DNA of 64,000 nucleotides from Dehalococcoidia bacterium (GCA_965203975.1 CBDBDT010000001.1:564466-628465); one strand, 5' to 3'; shown: positions 9,195-18,764, counted from the stretch's first letter. A program made the numbers and translations. The notes: a model not told the origin generated them from the sequence alone.

Positions 9195-10472
9195 TTATTC
9201 GAGAAAGCGGGTAAACACCTGGTTAGCAACAAGATACGCTTTGGGAGCCATCCGCAGGTTGGAATCCCCCCTTTCCAGCAGGCCCAGGTCTACCAGGTCG
9301 CCAATTTCCGTCCCGTATCGTTTGGCCAGGTCGGCCCCGGCGCGGGCCGAAGCCTCTCCCAGGTCCATGCCGTCCAGCAGGCGCAGGCCCAGGAACATGG
9401 TCTCGGCGCAGTTCAGGGCCGGGGCGATGTACTCGCTGCCCCCGACGGTCGGAATACGCCTTAGGAACGCTTCCCCTTCGGGCGAATCAAGCTGTGCCGC
9501 GCCCGGGAACGCCCCCGCCTCTTTCCACTGCCGCGCCCGGTCAATGTAGCCCCGGGGAGAATTCACCGTCCAGAATCGGTGGCTTCCCAGCTTGGAATGG
9601 GCGCCGGGACCCACTCCCAGGTACGGGCGGTTGAGCCAGTAGGCCAGGTTGTGCCGCGACTCCCGCCCCGGCAGCGCCCAGTTCGAAATCTCGTAATGGT
9701 GGTACCCCGCCTCCGCCAGCACTTCCCGCGCTAATTCATACATATCGGCGGCCAGATCCGGATCGGGCTCCGGCAACTCCCCATTCCGTACCCACACCTG
9801 CATGGGAGTTCCACCTTCCAAAGTGAGGCAGTACAGGGAAATGTGAGAAGGCCCGAGGCTGGCGACGCCCTCCACCGAGCGGCACCATTGTTCCATTGTC
9901 TGTCCCGGCAAGCCATAAATCAGGTCGAGGTTGGCGTTGCCGAACCCGCAGGATGTAGCGGTGGCAAAGGCGTCAGCCGCCTGTTGGGCGGAATGGCGTC
10001 GGCCCAGCATCTCCAGCAAGTTGTCGTCCAGGCTCTGGACGCCGAAGCTGATCCGGTTTATCCCTGCCCCGAGAAGGCTATGGCAAAGGGACGCCGACAG
10101 GTCGCCGGGGTTGGCTTCTATGGTGACTTCTGCGCCTTCGTCCAGGGGGAAAGCCTCCCCGACTCGGTCCATCAGCTGGACAATGGAACCTTCGGGAAGG
10201 TAGGAAGGGGTGCCGCCTCCGAAGAAAACCGTGTTTATCGCAGGGTTTCCCAAGGTTTTCCCCCACAGGTCAACCTCGGTTGACAGGGCTTCTAGGTAGG
10301 GGTGGAAGAGGCTTTCAATGCCTTGGTAGGTGTTGAAGTCGCAATAGGGGCACTTGGTCTGGCAGAAGGGGACGTGAACGTATAGGGAAATACCCTGCCC
10401 GGCTATGGAGGCGGGTGACCCCACGGGCTGTTTTCCTTCCTGCGATGACGCGGTATTGCCCGCTGCTGTCAA
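9195..10472 (-). CDS. hemW: radical SAM heme chaperone HemW / oxygen-independent coproporphyrinogen oxidase-like protein
   Basis: YVHVPFCQTKCPYCDFNTY (CxxxCxxC) and the HemN-like C-terminal domain. TTG start in the track; the start is uncertain. Confidence 0.85.
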   Translation of the reverse strand: MTAAGNTASSQEGKQPVGSPASIAGQGISLYVHVPFCQTKCPYCDFNTYQGIESLFHPYLEALSTEVDLWGKTLGNPAINTVFFGGGTPSYLPEGSIVQLMDRVGEAFPLDEGAEVTIEANPGDLSASLCHSLLGAGINRISFGVQSLDDNLLEMLGRRHSAQQAADAFATATSCGFGNANLDLIYGLPGQTMEQWCRSVEGVASLGPSHISLYCLTLEGGTPMQVWVRNGELPEPDPDLAADMYELAREVLAEAGYHHYEISNWALPGRESRHNLAYWLNRPYLGVGPGAHSKLGSHRFWTVNSPRGYIDRARQWKEAGAFPGAAQLDSPEGEAFLRRIPTVGGSEYIAPALNCAETMFLGLRLLDGMDLGEASARAGADLAKRYGTEIGDLVDLGLLERGDSNLRMAPKAYLVANQVFTRFLE

Positions 10473-10517
10473 GGATCCGGCTCTGCGGTTACGGTGCTTA
10501 CGGTCAGCGCGGCCCGT

Positions 10518-10886
10518 CTAATCGTCAATAGGACGCGACTGGCCGTCCACCACGTTGTCCGGGTCATCCCCCGCGTGGTCCCTGGGCGGATTTCCCAGGT
10601 GCTGGTCGACCACGTGCTGGGGGGACAGTCTGAACAGGAACAACAGGGCGACTCCGAACACGATAATGTCGTCGAACCGGCCAATGATGGGTATCCTGTC
10701 CTTCACGAGGTCCGTCGGAAGGAGAACGTACAGCAACGCGGCCGGAACCAGGGCCCGCAGAACGATGTTGACGCGAGGGTCGAAGGTCAACCGCCACACC
10801 GCCAGAGCATACTTCAATATGCGCGGCAGGAATCGGGGTAGGAGCATCATCAGCAACGGGTAAGCCAGTCGATGCACGGCGTTCAC
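10518..10886 (-). CDS. DUF1232 (YkvA-like) membrane protein
   Basis: LLYVLLPTDLVKDRIPIIGRFDDIIV motif. GTG start; TATAAT and AGGAG lie upstream. Confidence 0.65.
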   Translation of the reverse strand: MNAVHRLAYPLLMMLLPRFLPRILKYALAVWRLTFDPRVNIVLRALVPAALLYVLLPTDLVKDRIPIIGRFDDIIVFGVALLFLFRLSPQHVVDQHLGNPPRDHAGDDPDNVVDGQSRPIDD

Positions 10887-11160
10887 GGCTCCTGTTGGTT
10901 CCTGCCATTATAACCCAAAGGAAGCTACCAGCGTCAGGGCAATGGCATTTGGGTTTCTGAAGACCCCGGACGCTCACGATACAGTCACACACACCCTCAC
11001 ACAACCACCGGCCGAACAAAGCAGGGGAGGGGCAGCTACTAACTTACCGAAGGCAACAGCCGATAAGGGGACGTGTGGGCACCGAGGAGCGGCTCCCGAA
11101 TGGCGGTATCTCTCAAGTGCGCCAACCCTGATGGTGGGAGTGCTGGGACAAAGGTGAATG

Positions 11161-11190
11161 TGTCCCATTTTGTCCGATTCTGTCCCATTG
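11161..11190 (+). repeat. three tandem 10-bp direct repeats (TGTCCCATTT TGTCCGATTC TGTCCCATTG)
   Basis: Read directly from the sequence. A solitary fourth unit, TGTCCCATTT, lies at 11223-11232. Confidence 0.8.
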
Positions 11191-11307
11191 GGGAGGGCGA
11201 AAATTTTGGCTTGTGTTTCAAATGTCCCATTTCAAGGGATTTGAGCACGGAATCGCGGGGACCGGGGCGCCAAAGGGTGAGATTTTTGGGGGAAAGTGTC
11301 GCGCAGT

Positions 11308-11359
11308 TGTGCCATGATTGTCGCATTTTGTCGCACGATTGTGCCATTTTGTGTCATAC
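11308..11359 (+). repeat. five tandem 10-11 bp direct repeats of the same motif family
   Basis: TGTGCCATGAT TGTCGCATTT TGTCGCACGAT TGTGCCATTT TGTGTCATAC. Confidence 0.75.
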
Positions 11360-11414
11360 GGTCCGAGGTCAGCGGAAGTCGTGGGACCGGGCGGGAGCGG
11401 GGCAAAAAATTCTA

Positions 11415-11441
11415 GCCACATTTTGCTACATTCTGTCGCAT
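11415..11441 (+). repeat. 27-bp unit (three motif-like decamers), identical copy at 29511-29537
   Basis: GCCACATTTTGCTACATTCTGTCGCAT occurs identically at both loci in the same orientation. Confidence 0.85.
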
Positions 11442-11733
11442 CGGGCAGGGCGGGAAGGTTGCGATAGCTCGGCTATTCCCTGATTTTCCGGGTGGACGTC
11501 CGGTGAGGGACTGGATGATGGAGTGTTCACCCTTCGATGGTACGCGGGGAAAGCGATTGGGTGCAAGGGGGCCAGCGTCAGTAATCGGCACCGCCTAATT
11601 TGGAACGCCGCCCCCGCTAGGAGTCCAACCAGAACGTCCGAACGCTCCGTGCTATACTGGGTTGCCCCAAATCGGCTGGCACTGGCGCTGATTGCGACCG
11701 TAATACTTCAACCATTCCTGCGGAGCTTGAAAG

Positions 11734-13134
11734 ATGGCTGTTGCACCAGGCATTACCACCTTGGGAGAACTTCGGGAAAGCGGTTATCGAACGCTTCCGG
11801 TGAGGGAAGAGATCCGGCGGAACCTCATGGAGAAAATAAGGGCGGAGGAGGTGGTTTTCCCGGGGATTGTCGGCTTCGATAACACGGTGATTCCGCAACT
11901 GGAAAACGCCATTCTCGCCGGTCAGGACGTAATCCTGCTGGGGGAACGCGGTCAGGCCAAGTCCCGGTTAATCCGCAGCATGGTCAATCTCCTCGACGAC
12001 TATATTCCAAAACCGGAAGGCTGCGAAATCAACGACGATCCCTACCGTCCCATTTGCCTTACATGCCGGGAAAAGGTGGCGGAACTGGGGGATGATTTCC
12101 CCATCGAATGGATTTCGAGGGACGAACGGTATTCGGAGAAACTGGCAACCCCGGACATATCCATTGCTGATCTCATCGGTGAAATCGACCCGATCAAGGT
12201 TGCAGAGGGGCGCTACCTTTCGGATGAACTGGCCATCCACTACGGGCTGGTTCCGAGGACCAACCGGGGAATATTCTGCATCAACGAACTTCCCGACCTC
12301 GCCGAGCGCATCCAGGTGGGACTGTTCAACCTCATGGAGGAGCGTGACGTCCAGATCAAGGGCTACCGGATTCGGCTGCCCCTGGACGTCTACGTAGTGG
12401 CGACGGCGAATCCGGAGGACTACACCAACCGGGGGCGGATCGTCACTCCCCTCAAGGACCGGTACGGGGCCCAGATTCACACTCACTATCCCCGGGCCAT
12501 AGCCGAGGAAATTTCCATTATGGACCAGGAACGGTCCGCGTTCCCGGATGAAGCCAATCTGGTCGTGCCCCAGTTCATGAAGGAAATCCTGGCCGAGGTA
12601 ACGGCCCAGGCCCGTACCAGCAGCGAGATCAACCAGCGGTCGGGAGTCAGCGTCCGGGTGTCGATTTCCAACTACGAGACGCTGTTGAGCAACGCGGTCC
12701 GGCGCTCCATCCGACATGGAGACGACATCGCCTGTCCCAGGATCAGCGACCTGCCCTACATCGCGGCTTCCTTCGGCGGAAAGATCGAGTTGGAGACGTT
12801 TGAGGAAGGGCGGGAAGGCCGGGTCATGGAAGACCTGATCAAGCGAGCGGAGCTGAGGGTCTTCGGGTCCTATTTCGACGTGGCGGAACTGGAAGACACC
12901 GTGACGTCATTCGATTTGGGGAACTCGGCAGAAACGGGAAGCGAACTCCGGTCCTCCCAGTACCAGAGCTTGCTGCAACGCCTGGATGGGCTGGAAAGCG
13001 CGGTATCCAAGCTGACCCAAGACACGCGACCGGAAGTGGTAGCATCGGCAGTGGAGTTCGTTCTCGAGGGGCTTCACCTCAACCGCAAGATCAACTGCGA
13101 CCGCACCACTACCGGATACCTCTACAACCGCTGA
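11734..13134 (+). CDS. AAA+ ATPase of the Mg-chelatase ChlI/BchI-like family
   Basis: Walker A LLGERGQAKS, Walker B FCINELPD, and the VVATANPEDYTNRGRIVTPLKDR sensor region. Confidence 0.75.
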   Translation: MAVAPGITTLGELRESGYRTLPVREEIRRNLMEKIRAEEVVFPGIVGFDNTVIPQLENAILAGQDVILLGERGQAKSRLIRSMVNLLDDYIPKPEGCEINDDPYRPICLTCREKVAELGDDFPIEWISRDERYSEKLATPDISIADLIGEIDPIKVAEGRYLSDELAIHYGLVPRTNRGIFCINELPDLAERIQVGLFNLMEERDVQIKGYRIRLPLDVYVVATANPEDYTNRGRIVTPLKDRYGAQIHTHYPRAIAEEISIMDQERSAFPDEANLVVPQFMKEILAEVTAQARTSSEINQRSGVSVRVSISNYETLLSNAVRRSIRHGDDIACPRISDLPYIAASFGGKIELETFEEGREGRVMEDLIKRAELRVFGSYFDVAELEDTVTSFDLGNSAETGSELRSSQYQSLLQRLDGLESAVSKLTQDTRPEVVASAVEFVLEGLHLNRKINCDRTTTGYLYNR

Positions 13135-13174
13135 TGCCCTGGCTACTGCTAAGGGGGTGTGACGATTGAGGTTT

Positions 13175-13254
13175 TCACCCCCATCCTAACCCCCGCCTAC
13201 GCGGGGGCAGGCTCTTCGGCCATCAAGGGGGAAGGGACTTTTAAGTTAGTTTCT
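13175..13254 (+). repeat. family A repeat, long variant (right half of the MITE-like element with an extra CCCCCGC/GCGGGGG hairpin)
   Basis: TCACCCCCATCCTAACCC...ATCAAGGGGGAAGGGACTTTTAAGTTAGTTTCT. Confidence 0.75.
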
Positions 13255-13396
13255 AGATGCTTTCGCCGCGTGGTCCCGCTTCGCTGACAGTTGCCTCTTG
13301 ACTGCTTCACTCCCAAAGGGTAGATTGCGAACGTAAGTTCGATACCGGGGGGTGACATCGGCTGGGGAATTTCCCGGCCGCCGTTGTCCCTGACAC

Positions 13397-14317
13397 ATGG
13401 GAGGGCGAATGGCTGAGGCCGAGGTCCAGGAAATTCACTGCAAGACTCTTCTTAACCGGATCGACGTCCCTGACTTCCCTTTCCGTTGGACCCTGAACCC
13501 GTACCGGGGGTGCCGACACGCCTGCCGGTACTGCTACGCCCGGTCCACCCATGAGTTCTGGGGAATGAACTCAGGAGCCGATTTCGACCAGCGGGTCTTC
13601 GCCAAGGTGAACGCACCGGATGTCCTTCGCCGGGAACTGAGCCGCCCCAAGTGGCGGGGTGAACCGATTGCAGTCGGCACGGCTTCCGACCCCTACGAGC
13701 CGGCCGAGGGACAGTACCGCCTGACCAGGCGAGTGATCATGGTGGCTGCGGAGTTCCACAATCCCCTGTCCATTACCACCAAGGGAGTGCTGGTCCGCCG
13801 AGACGCCGACGTTTTGAAGGAGTTGTACGAAACTGCCGATGTGCAGGTGAATTTCAGCGTGGGCAGCATTGATCCAGAGGTCTGGAAGCGGACAGAGCCG
13901 GGAACACCGAATCCCTTGGCCCGACTGGAGGCCATGCAATTCCTGGTGGAAGAAGGGATACCGGCCGGCGTGATGATGGCCCCGATGCTGCCCGGGATAT
14001 CCGATACCTGGGAGAGCATCAACGCGGTTGCGGAGGCTGCCGCGGTCCACAAGGCAGGCTATCTGGGGGGCAACCTGTTGTTCCTGCGGCCGGGGAGCAA
14101 GGAGTGGTTCATGCCCATGTTGCGAGAAGCGTATCCTCGTCTGACTCCGGCCTACGAGCGGTTGTACCGGGGGAATGGCTATGCTCCCGGAGGCTACGCG
14201 CGGAGCGTGTCGGCCCTGGTTGACGACGCCCGGTCCCGTTGGGAGCTTCCCAAGAGGGTCCAGGCCCGCCGACTGCGGAGCCCGCAGGGGCAATTGGAAC
14301 TGGCTTTGCTTACCTGA
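13397..14317 (+). CDS. radical SAM protein (SplB/Rv2578c-like, COG1533 type)
   Basis: NPYRGCRHACRYCYA cluster motif. Confidence 0.8.
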   Translation: MGGRMAEAEVQEIHCKTLLNRIDVPDFPFRWTLNPYRGCRHACRYCYARSTHEFWGMNSGADFDQRVFAKVNAPDVLRRELSRPKWRGEPIAVGTASDPYEPAEGQYRLTRRVIMVAAEFHNPLSITTKGVLVRRDADVLKELYETADVQVNFSVGSIDPEVWKRTEPGTPNPLARLEAMQFLVEEGIPAGVMMAPMLPGISDTWESINAVAEAAAVHKAGYLGGNLLFLRPGSKEWFMPMLREAYPRLTPAYERLYRGNGYAPGGYARSVSALVDDARSRWELPKRVQARRLRSPQGQLELALLT

Positions 14318-14377
14318 CCTAGGAAGGGTCTGGTGAGAGGGATGTTCTTCGGCCAATTGATTCGCTAGCCTTGACTT

Positions 14378-14424
14378 TCACCCCCATCCTAACCTTCCCC
14401 CGTCGAGGGGGAAGGGATTTCCTA
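14378..14424 (+). repeat. family A repeat (hairpin core) between convergent genes
   Basis: TCACCCCCATCCTAACCTTCCCCCGTCGAGGGGGAAGGGATTTCCTAG; stem CCTTCCCCC/GGGGGAAGG. Confidence 0.75.
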
Positions 14425-14907
14425 GACTTGGGTCCAGAACGGCGGACGCTGCCTTTGCGGCTCGAGCAGAGTTTCGTTCAAGGGCTGGTATGCGTACTCG
14501 GAGGAGTCGGGGCGATGGTGCCCCACCATTTCCAGCACGCCGGGGTTGGTGTAATAGCCGTTGTAGCACTGGCGGACCAGCAGATCGAAGAAGACCGGAT
14601 CCTGCTCCTCGACTTCCCGCAAGATGGCGTCCTGCACGTCTCCATCCAACTGCTCAAACCTCCCACTGGTCTTGCGGGAAGCGGCCAATGCGATCCGGGA
14701 CAGCCCATCGTTCAGAAGACGCCGGCGGTCGGGGGTCCGGCCAGCGACGTTCTCCAGGAACACGCTCAACCCCAACGCCCCGGCCCCTGGCAGATTGCCC
14801 TGGGGCGGCACGACGCGGTCCAAGACCGCGCCCAGGAGTTCCCTTTGAGTGGCCGTGAGGAAAGGACGCTCTATCGAACTGTTACCGGAAGGGACATAAG
14901 TTGCCAT
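14422..14907 (-). CDS. gluconate 2-dehydrogenase subunit 3 family protein
   Basis: LTATQRELLGAVLDRVVP ... FFDLLVRQCYNGYYTNP is typical of this small-subunit family. Confidence 0.6.
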   Translation of the reverse strand: MATYVPSGNSSIERPFLTATQRELLGAVLDRVVPPQGNLPGAGALGLSVFLENVAGRTPDRRRLLNDGLSRIALAASRKTSGRFEQLDGDVQDAILREVEEQDPVFFDLLVRQCYNGYYTNPGVLEMVGHHRPDSSEYAYQPLNETLLEPQRQRPPFWTQV

Positions 14908-14969
14908 GTTCGTTTGTTCCTGGTTGTGGAATGGTGATGGGGGGCGGCGTCCTGAACAGGGCCTGGGAC

Positions 14970-16730
14970 CTACCTGGGAATGACGGGGAGAATCACTCGC
15001 GACGGGAAAATTGCCGAGTGATGGATGGTCTGCTGGGCGGACTCCAGGCGAGAGTCCACCCCCAGCGGGGCGCCGGTGTTCGGGTTCCGGTCGAACCTAG
15101 GGAAGTTGCTGCTGGAAACGTCGACGCGGATCCGGTGGCCCGCCTTGATGACGTGGCTGGTGGACCCCAGGTCGATGGTGTAACGGTAAACCCGGCCGGG
15201 TTCGATAAACGACGGCTGGGCGGCGGAAGTGCGGTAGCGGGCGCGGATGATTCCATCCTGCAGGTTGTGGGCGTATCCATCAGGGCGGACATCCACCAAC
15301 TTGGCGGTGAAGTCCGTGTCCACGGAGCTGCTGGAGGCGTACAACTCCATCTTTAACGGCCCGGTTATTTCCAGGTCGTGCTCCAATGGGCCGGAGTCGT
15401 AGACGAGGACGTCGCTCCGGTCTTCGATGAAACCCTGGTCCGCCACGCCATAGTCGATAATCAGTGTGTTTCCGCCGGCGGTGGGGACGGGGTCCTCCGG
15501 GTTGTACACGAACTGGTCGGCAGGCTGCTCGCCGGGAGGAACGGTGGACAGTGAGCCATCTCCGCTCCGGGTGTTGGCGGATCCCTGGGAGTGGAGGTAG
15601 AAGGCCGTGTAGTTGGTGCGGGCCAAGGGCCACTCGCTCTCTTCCCGCCAGCGATTCTCTCCCATCACGAAGATGTACACCGGTGGGTCAGTGGTGATCC
15701 CGGAGTCGATGTCCTGGAGCCAATGGTCAAACCAGCGCAGCAGGTAATGGTGCAGCTCGATGCGGGCGTTATCGCCGAAGTCGATGTCTCCGCAGCCGCC
15801 GGAGGTGGGTTCGGTGTAGGGACGGATGTGCGCCCACGGGCCGATGAGCAGCTTCTGGTTCCTGCGTGCCAGTTCGGTTGCGCCCCTTGCCCGGATAGCC
15901 TGGAATGAGTTGAGAGCTCCTTCCAGAAAGATGTCGTACCAGGAACTGACATGGAACATGGGAATCGTGATTCCGCCCAGGTTTCTAAGCAGGTTGGCCC
16001 GCCACCAGTAGGGGCCGTCCAGCTCCTCGTCGAAGTATTCGTGGAAATAGGGAGCCGTTTCCTTGAGCCGGTCAATCCAATCCCGGAGGGGAAGGTGGCG
16101 ATACCATTGATCGGTCAACGGCTGGGCGAAGTTGCCGGGGGGCAGCACGTATTCGTCCATCCGAGCCAGCAAGTCCTGACGTCCAACGCGCTCCAGGGTG
16201 TTGCGTCCCTTGAATATGGCGTAAGGGACCATCCAGCCCCACTCCATGGCACCGCCGGTATGGTAGACCCAGCTTTGATGGAAGTCGGACGAGGCCGAGA
16301 CCGGGGCCATGGTCTTGAGGTGCGGGGGGAGGGGATTGGTCCCGGCCAGGGTGTACTGGGTGGCGCCCAGGTAGGACTGGCCAGTGGTGCCGACCCTTCC
16401 TGTGGACCAGGGCTGGCGGGCCGCCCATTCCACCGTGTCCCACCCGTCTTGGGCCTCCTGGAAGACCGGGTCGTACCAGTCTCCTTCGGAATCGAACCGG
16501 GCGCGGCAGTCCTGGCTGACGAAGACATAGCCATTCTTGGGGAAAAACCACATGGAGTGGTTGGGCTGGTCCAGGTAACCCTCCTTGCCGTATGGGCCGC
16601 GGTTCACCAGGACCGGAAAACGTCCGGGGGCGTCGGGCCGGAAGATGTCGGTGGCCAACCGGGTCCCGTCCCGCATCGGAACCATGACGTTGCGTTCCCG
16701 GATGACCTTGTATTCCCTTCTGCTTGCCAT
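14970..16730 (-). CDS. CocE/NonD family hydrolase (S15 X-Pro dipeptidyl-peptidase fold)
   Basis: VPMRDGTRLATDIFRP N-terminus, GQSYLG nucleophile elbow, and a C-terminal beta-sandwich domain. Confidence 0.85.
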   Translation of the reverse strand: MASRREYKVIRERNVMVPMRDGTRLATDIFRPDAPGRFPVLVNRGPYGKEGYLDQPNHSMWFFPKNGYVFVSQDCRARFDSEGDWYDPVFQEAQDGWDTVEWAARQPWSTGRVGTTGQSYLGATQYTLAGTNPLPPHLKTMAPVSASSDFHQSWVYHTGGAMEWGWMVPYAIFKGRNTLERVGRQDLLARMDEYVLPPGNFAQPLTDQWYRHLPLRDWIDRLKETAPYFHEYFDEELDGPYWWRANLLRNLGGITIPMFHVSSWYDIFLEGALNSFQAIRARGATELARRNQKLLIGPWAHIRPYTEPTSGGCGDIDFGDNARIELHHYLLRWFDHWLQDIDSGITTDPPVYIFVMGENRWREESEWPLARTNYTAFYLHSQGSANTRSGDGSLSTVPPGEQPADQFVYNPEDPVPTAGGNTLIIDYGVADQGFIEDRSDVLVYDSGPLEHDLEITGPLKMELYASSSSVDTDFTAKLVDVRPDGYAHNLQDGIIRARYRTSAAQPSFIEPGRVYRYTIDLGSTSHVIKAGHRIRVDVSSSNFPRFDRNPNTGAPLGVDSRLESAQQTIHHSAIFPSRVILPVIPR

Positions 16731-16909
16731 GAGTTTACCGCCCCAAGTCAGTTTTCAGTTGGGATGGGAGGGCTGCCAGGAGGCGGCCCAATCATACCCC
16801 GCGCCAAAAATGGGAGTCAATGAAGAAAATAAAGGGACTTGTTCCTCCAAGAGGGCCTTATGACCGGGCATCGGTTTGCGGCGTCCAGGACCGACGAAGG
16901 GTCTTTTTG

Positions 16910-17533
16910 CTAAGCCCCGGATAACTCGGCGAAAACCTCGTGCCAGACTTCCGGGCTGCCCTTGCCCATGCCGGCACGGTGGATGATGGTCCCGTGGCGG
17001 TTGATGGCAATCTTGGTGGACTGGATGGTGACGAAAAGGTCCTCGAGCAGCGGGCCTTCCGGGATAGCTACCGGCCAGGGGTAACCCCTCTTCTCGGCGA
17101 ATTCGACGAAGGGGTCTACGCTGTCGTGGGGGAAGACCCCCACAGCGTAGAAGTCCACGTCCTCAGCGTACTGGGGGTAAATGTCCTTGAGCCGCCGCAA
17201 CTCGGCGGTACAGACCCCTCAAGTTGTTGCCCAGAAGAAGAGGAAGGTTGGTCTACCGGAATCCATCAGTTGGGTCAGGGTCAGGGTCGTGTCATCGGCC
17301 AAGCGCAGAGTAAACTCCGGGGACTGCTGGCCCAACTCATAACCCTCCACCGGACCCTGGACCGGAAGGTCGTGGATCACGTCGACGGTGGCGCTGCCCT
17401 TGGGCGCGGATTCCGTGGCGCAGGCTGGCGCCAGTCCTACCACGAGGGCGACCAACAGTCTGGTCAACAAGGACGGAACAATCCCGAAGTGGTTCGGACT
17501 CATTGGCCGTAGTCCATGGAGACCGTTACCCAC
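16910..17533 (-). CDS. TlpA/ResA-like thioredoxin-fold thiol:disulfide oxidoreductase, predicted selenoprotein (TGA 17219-17221 read as Sec)
   Basis: Track ORFs 17219-17533 and 16910-17200 are in the same frame (624 nt). The joined product reads FLFFWATT-U-GVC-TAELRRLKDIY, so Sec replaces the first Cys of WCxxC. The N-terminus is signal or lipoprotein-like. The start is uncertain (GTG 17533 or ATG 17503). Confidence 0.7.
17192..17208 (-). promoter_or_regulatory. candidate bacterial SECIS hairpin
   Basis: CCGCCG-AGUUG-CGGCGG, beginning 10 nt after the UGA. Confidence 0.55.
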
Positions 17534-18599
17534 GGAACAGCCCAGTCACTGGTTGGTGGCCCGCGTTTTCGGCGTAGGGCTCCTCACGGTACAGGGCCAT
17601 GTCCTTCAATACCGGGATGTCCTGGATGGAGAACAGGACGGCTTCCTGCCCGGTGGGGTTGGCGTGCTCGTGCCAGGCCCAGGGGGGAACGACGAAGAAG
17701 TCTCCTTCGTTCCATTCGAACTTCTGTCCGTTGATGACGCTGTATCCTTCTCCTCGGAAGACTTGGTAAACGGCGCAACTGGTCTGGCGGTGGGCCCGGG
17801 TGGCAACGCCGGGACGGATGAGCTGGGCCCAGCATGTCATGGTCCGCAGGACCGGGCCTCCGGTGGCCGGGTCGCTGAACTCCATGGCGACGTCGTCGAA
17901 GGGGCTGGCGTCGATTTCCGCCAGACTGTGGAGGGCTTCCTCCGTCTTGGACCACTTGTAGTGCCACAGAGGGGAATACGGGGCTTGATGGTCTTCCCAG
18001 GCCGGACGCAGGGAGCCGGACGCGAATCTCTTCTCCGACTCTGCGACCCCAACGATGGGCTGCTGGTCTTCGGGGTATGGTTCGTAGAAGTTGGCCCGCA
18101 AGTACCGGACCAGCGGCACGTCGAGACCGTCCAGCCAGATCATTGGCTCGCTGCCCTCGTTGTTGTGGTCGTGCCAAGTCCAAGATGGGGTGAGGATCAG
18201 GTCCCCAGGCTCCATCCAGCACTTGTCTCCCTCGACGGTTGTGTAGGCACCCTCTCCCTTGAGCACCCAGCGGATGGCGGTGGGAGTGTGCCGGTGAGCC
18301 GGAGCGCACTCCCCGGGGAGCAGCAGTTGCAGGGCTGCCGTGATGGTGTGGGTGGTGCCCCGGTCCAGTCCCGGAGTGGCCAGGCGCAGGGTACGGCGTT
18401 CCACATCGCGGTCCGGCGTAACCAGTTCTCCGCTCTTCAGAACCAGGGGTTCGACCTCCTGCCACCGCCACAGGAAAGGTTCGATGGTCGGCATCGGCTG
18501 GCCTTCACCCTGCATCCAACCAGGCTTGAGCCGGATCCGATCGGTTGTGTCGTAATACTGGCGGTCTTCCTCGGTCCGGATTTGCCCGCGGGTGGTCAT
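17526..18599 (-). CDS. gentisate 1,2-dioxygenase (bicupin)
   Basis: WMEPGDLILTPSWTWHDHNNEGSEPMIWLDGLDVPLV and a second cupin, FFVVPPWAWHEHAN. AGGAGG SD upstream. Confidence 0.8.
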   Translation of the reverse strand: MTTRGQIRTEEDRQYYDTTDRIRLKPGWMQGEGQPMPTIEPFLWRWQEVEPLVLKSGELVTPDRDVERRTLRLATPGLDRGTTHTITAALQLLLPGECAPAHRHTPTAIRWVLKGEGAYTTVEGDKCWMEPGDLILTPSWTWHDHNNEGSEPMIWLDGLDVPLVRYLRANFYEPYPEDQQPIVGVAESEKRFASGSLRPAWEDHQAPYSPLWHYKWSKTEEALHSLAEIDASPFDDVAMEFSDPATGGPVLRTMTCWAQLIRPGVATRAHRQTSCAVYQVFRGEGYSVINGQKFEWNEGDFFVVPPWAWHEHANPTGQEAVLFSIQDIPVLKDMALYREEPYAENAGHQPVTGLFRG

Positions 18600-18764
18600 G
18601 GGACCCTCCTTTCGGAGTCAAAACGTATTGGTTGGGGGAATTTTAGCAGATTCGGTTAGGGGCTGGGTTGAGAAGTCAATTCCCGACTGTTCAGTAGAAA
18701 CGGGAATAACCCGCCCCCGACTGAGCGAAGTCAGGATTTAGAATGACATTCGCATGAATGCGAC

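Noticed and set aside
11131-11165. tRNA/tmRNA-like 3' end (minus strand ...GGGACACATTCACCTTTGTCCCAGCACTCCCACCA)
   Set aside because: It cannot be folded into a T-arm plus 7-bp acceptor with correct spacing. The GGGACA/TGTCCC arms belong to the decamer repeat.
17388-18659. 423-aa plus-strand ORF
   Set aside because: It is antisense to gentisate dioxygenase, which has clear cupin motifs and an SD.
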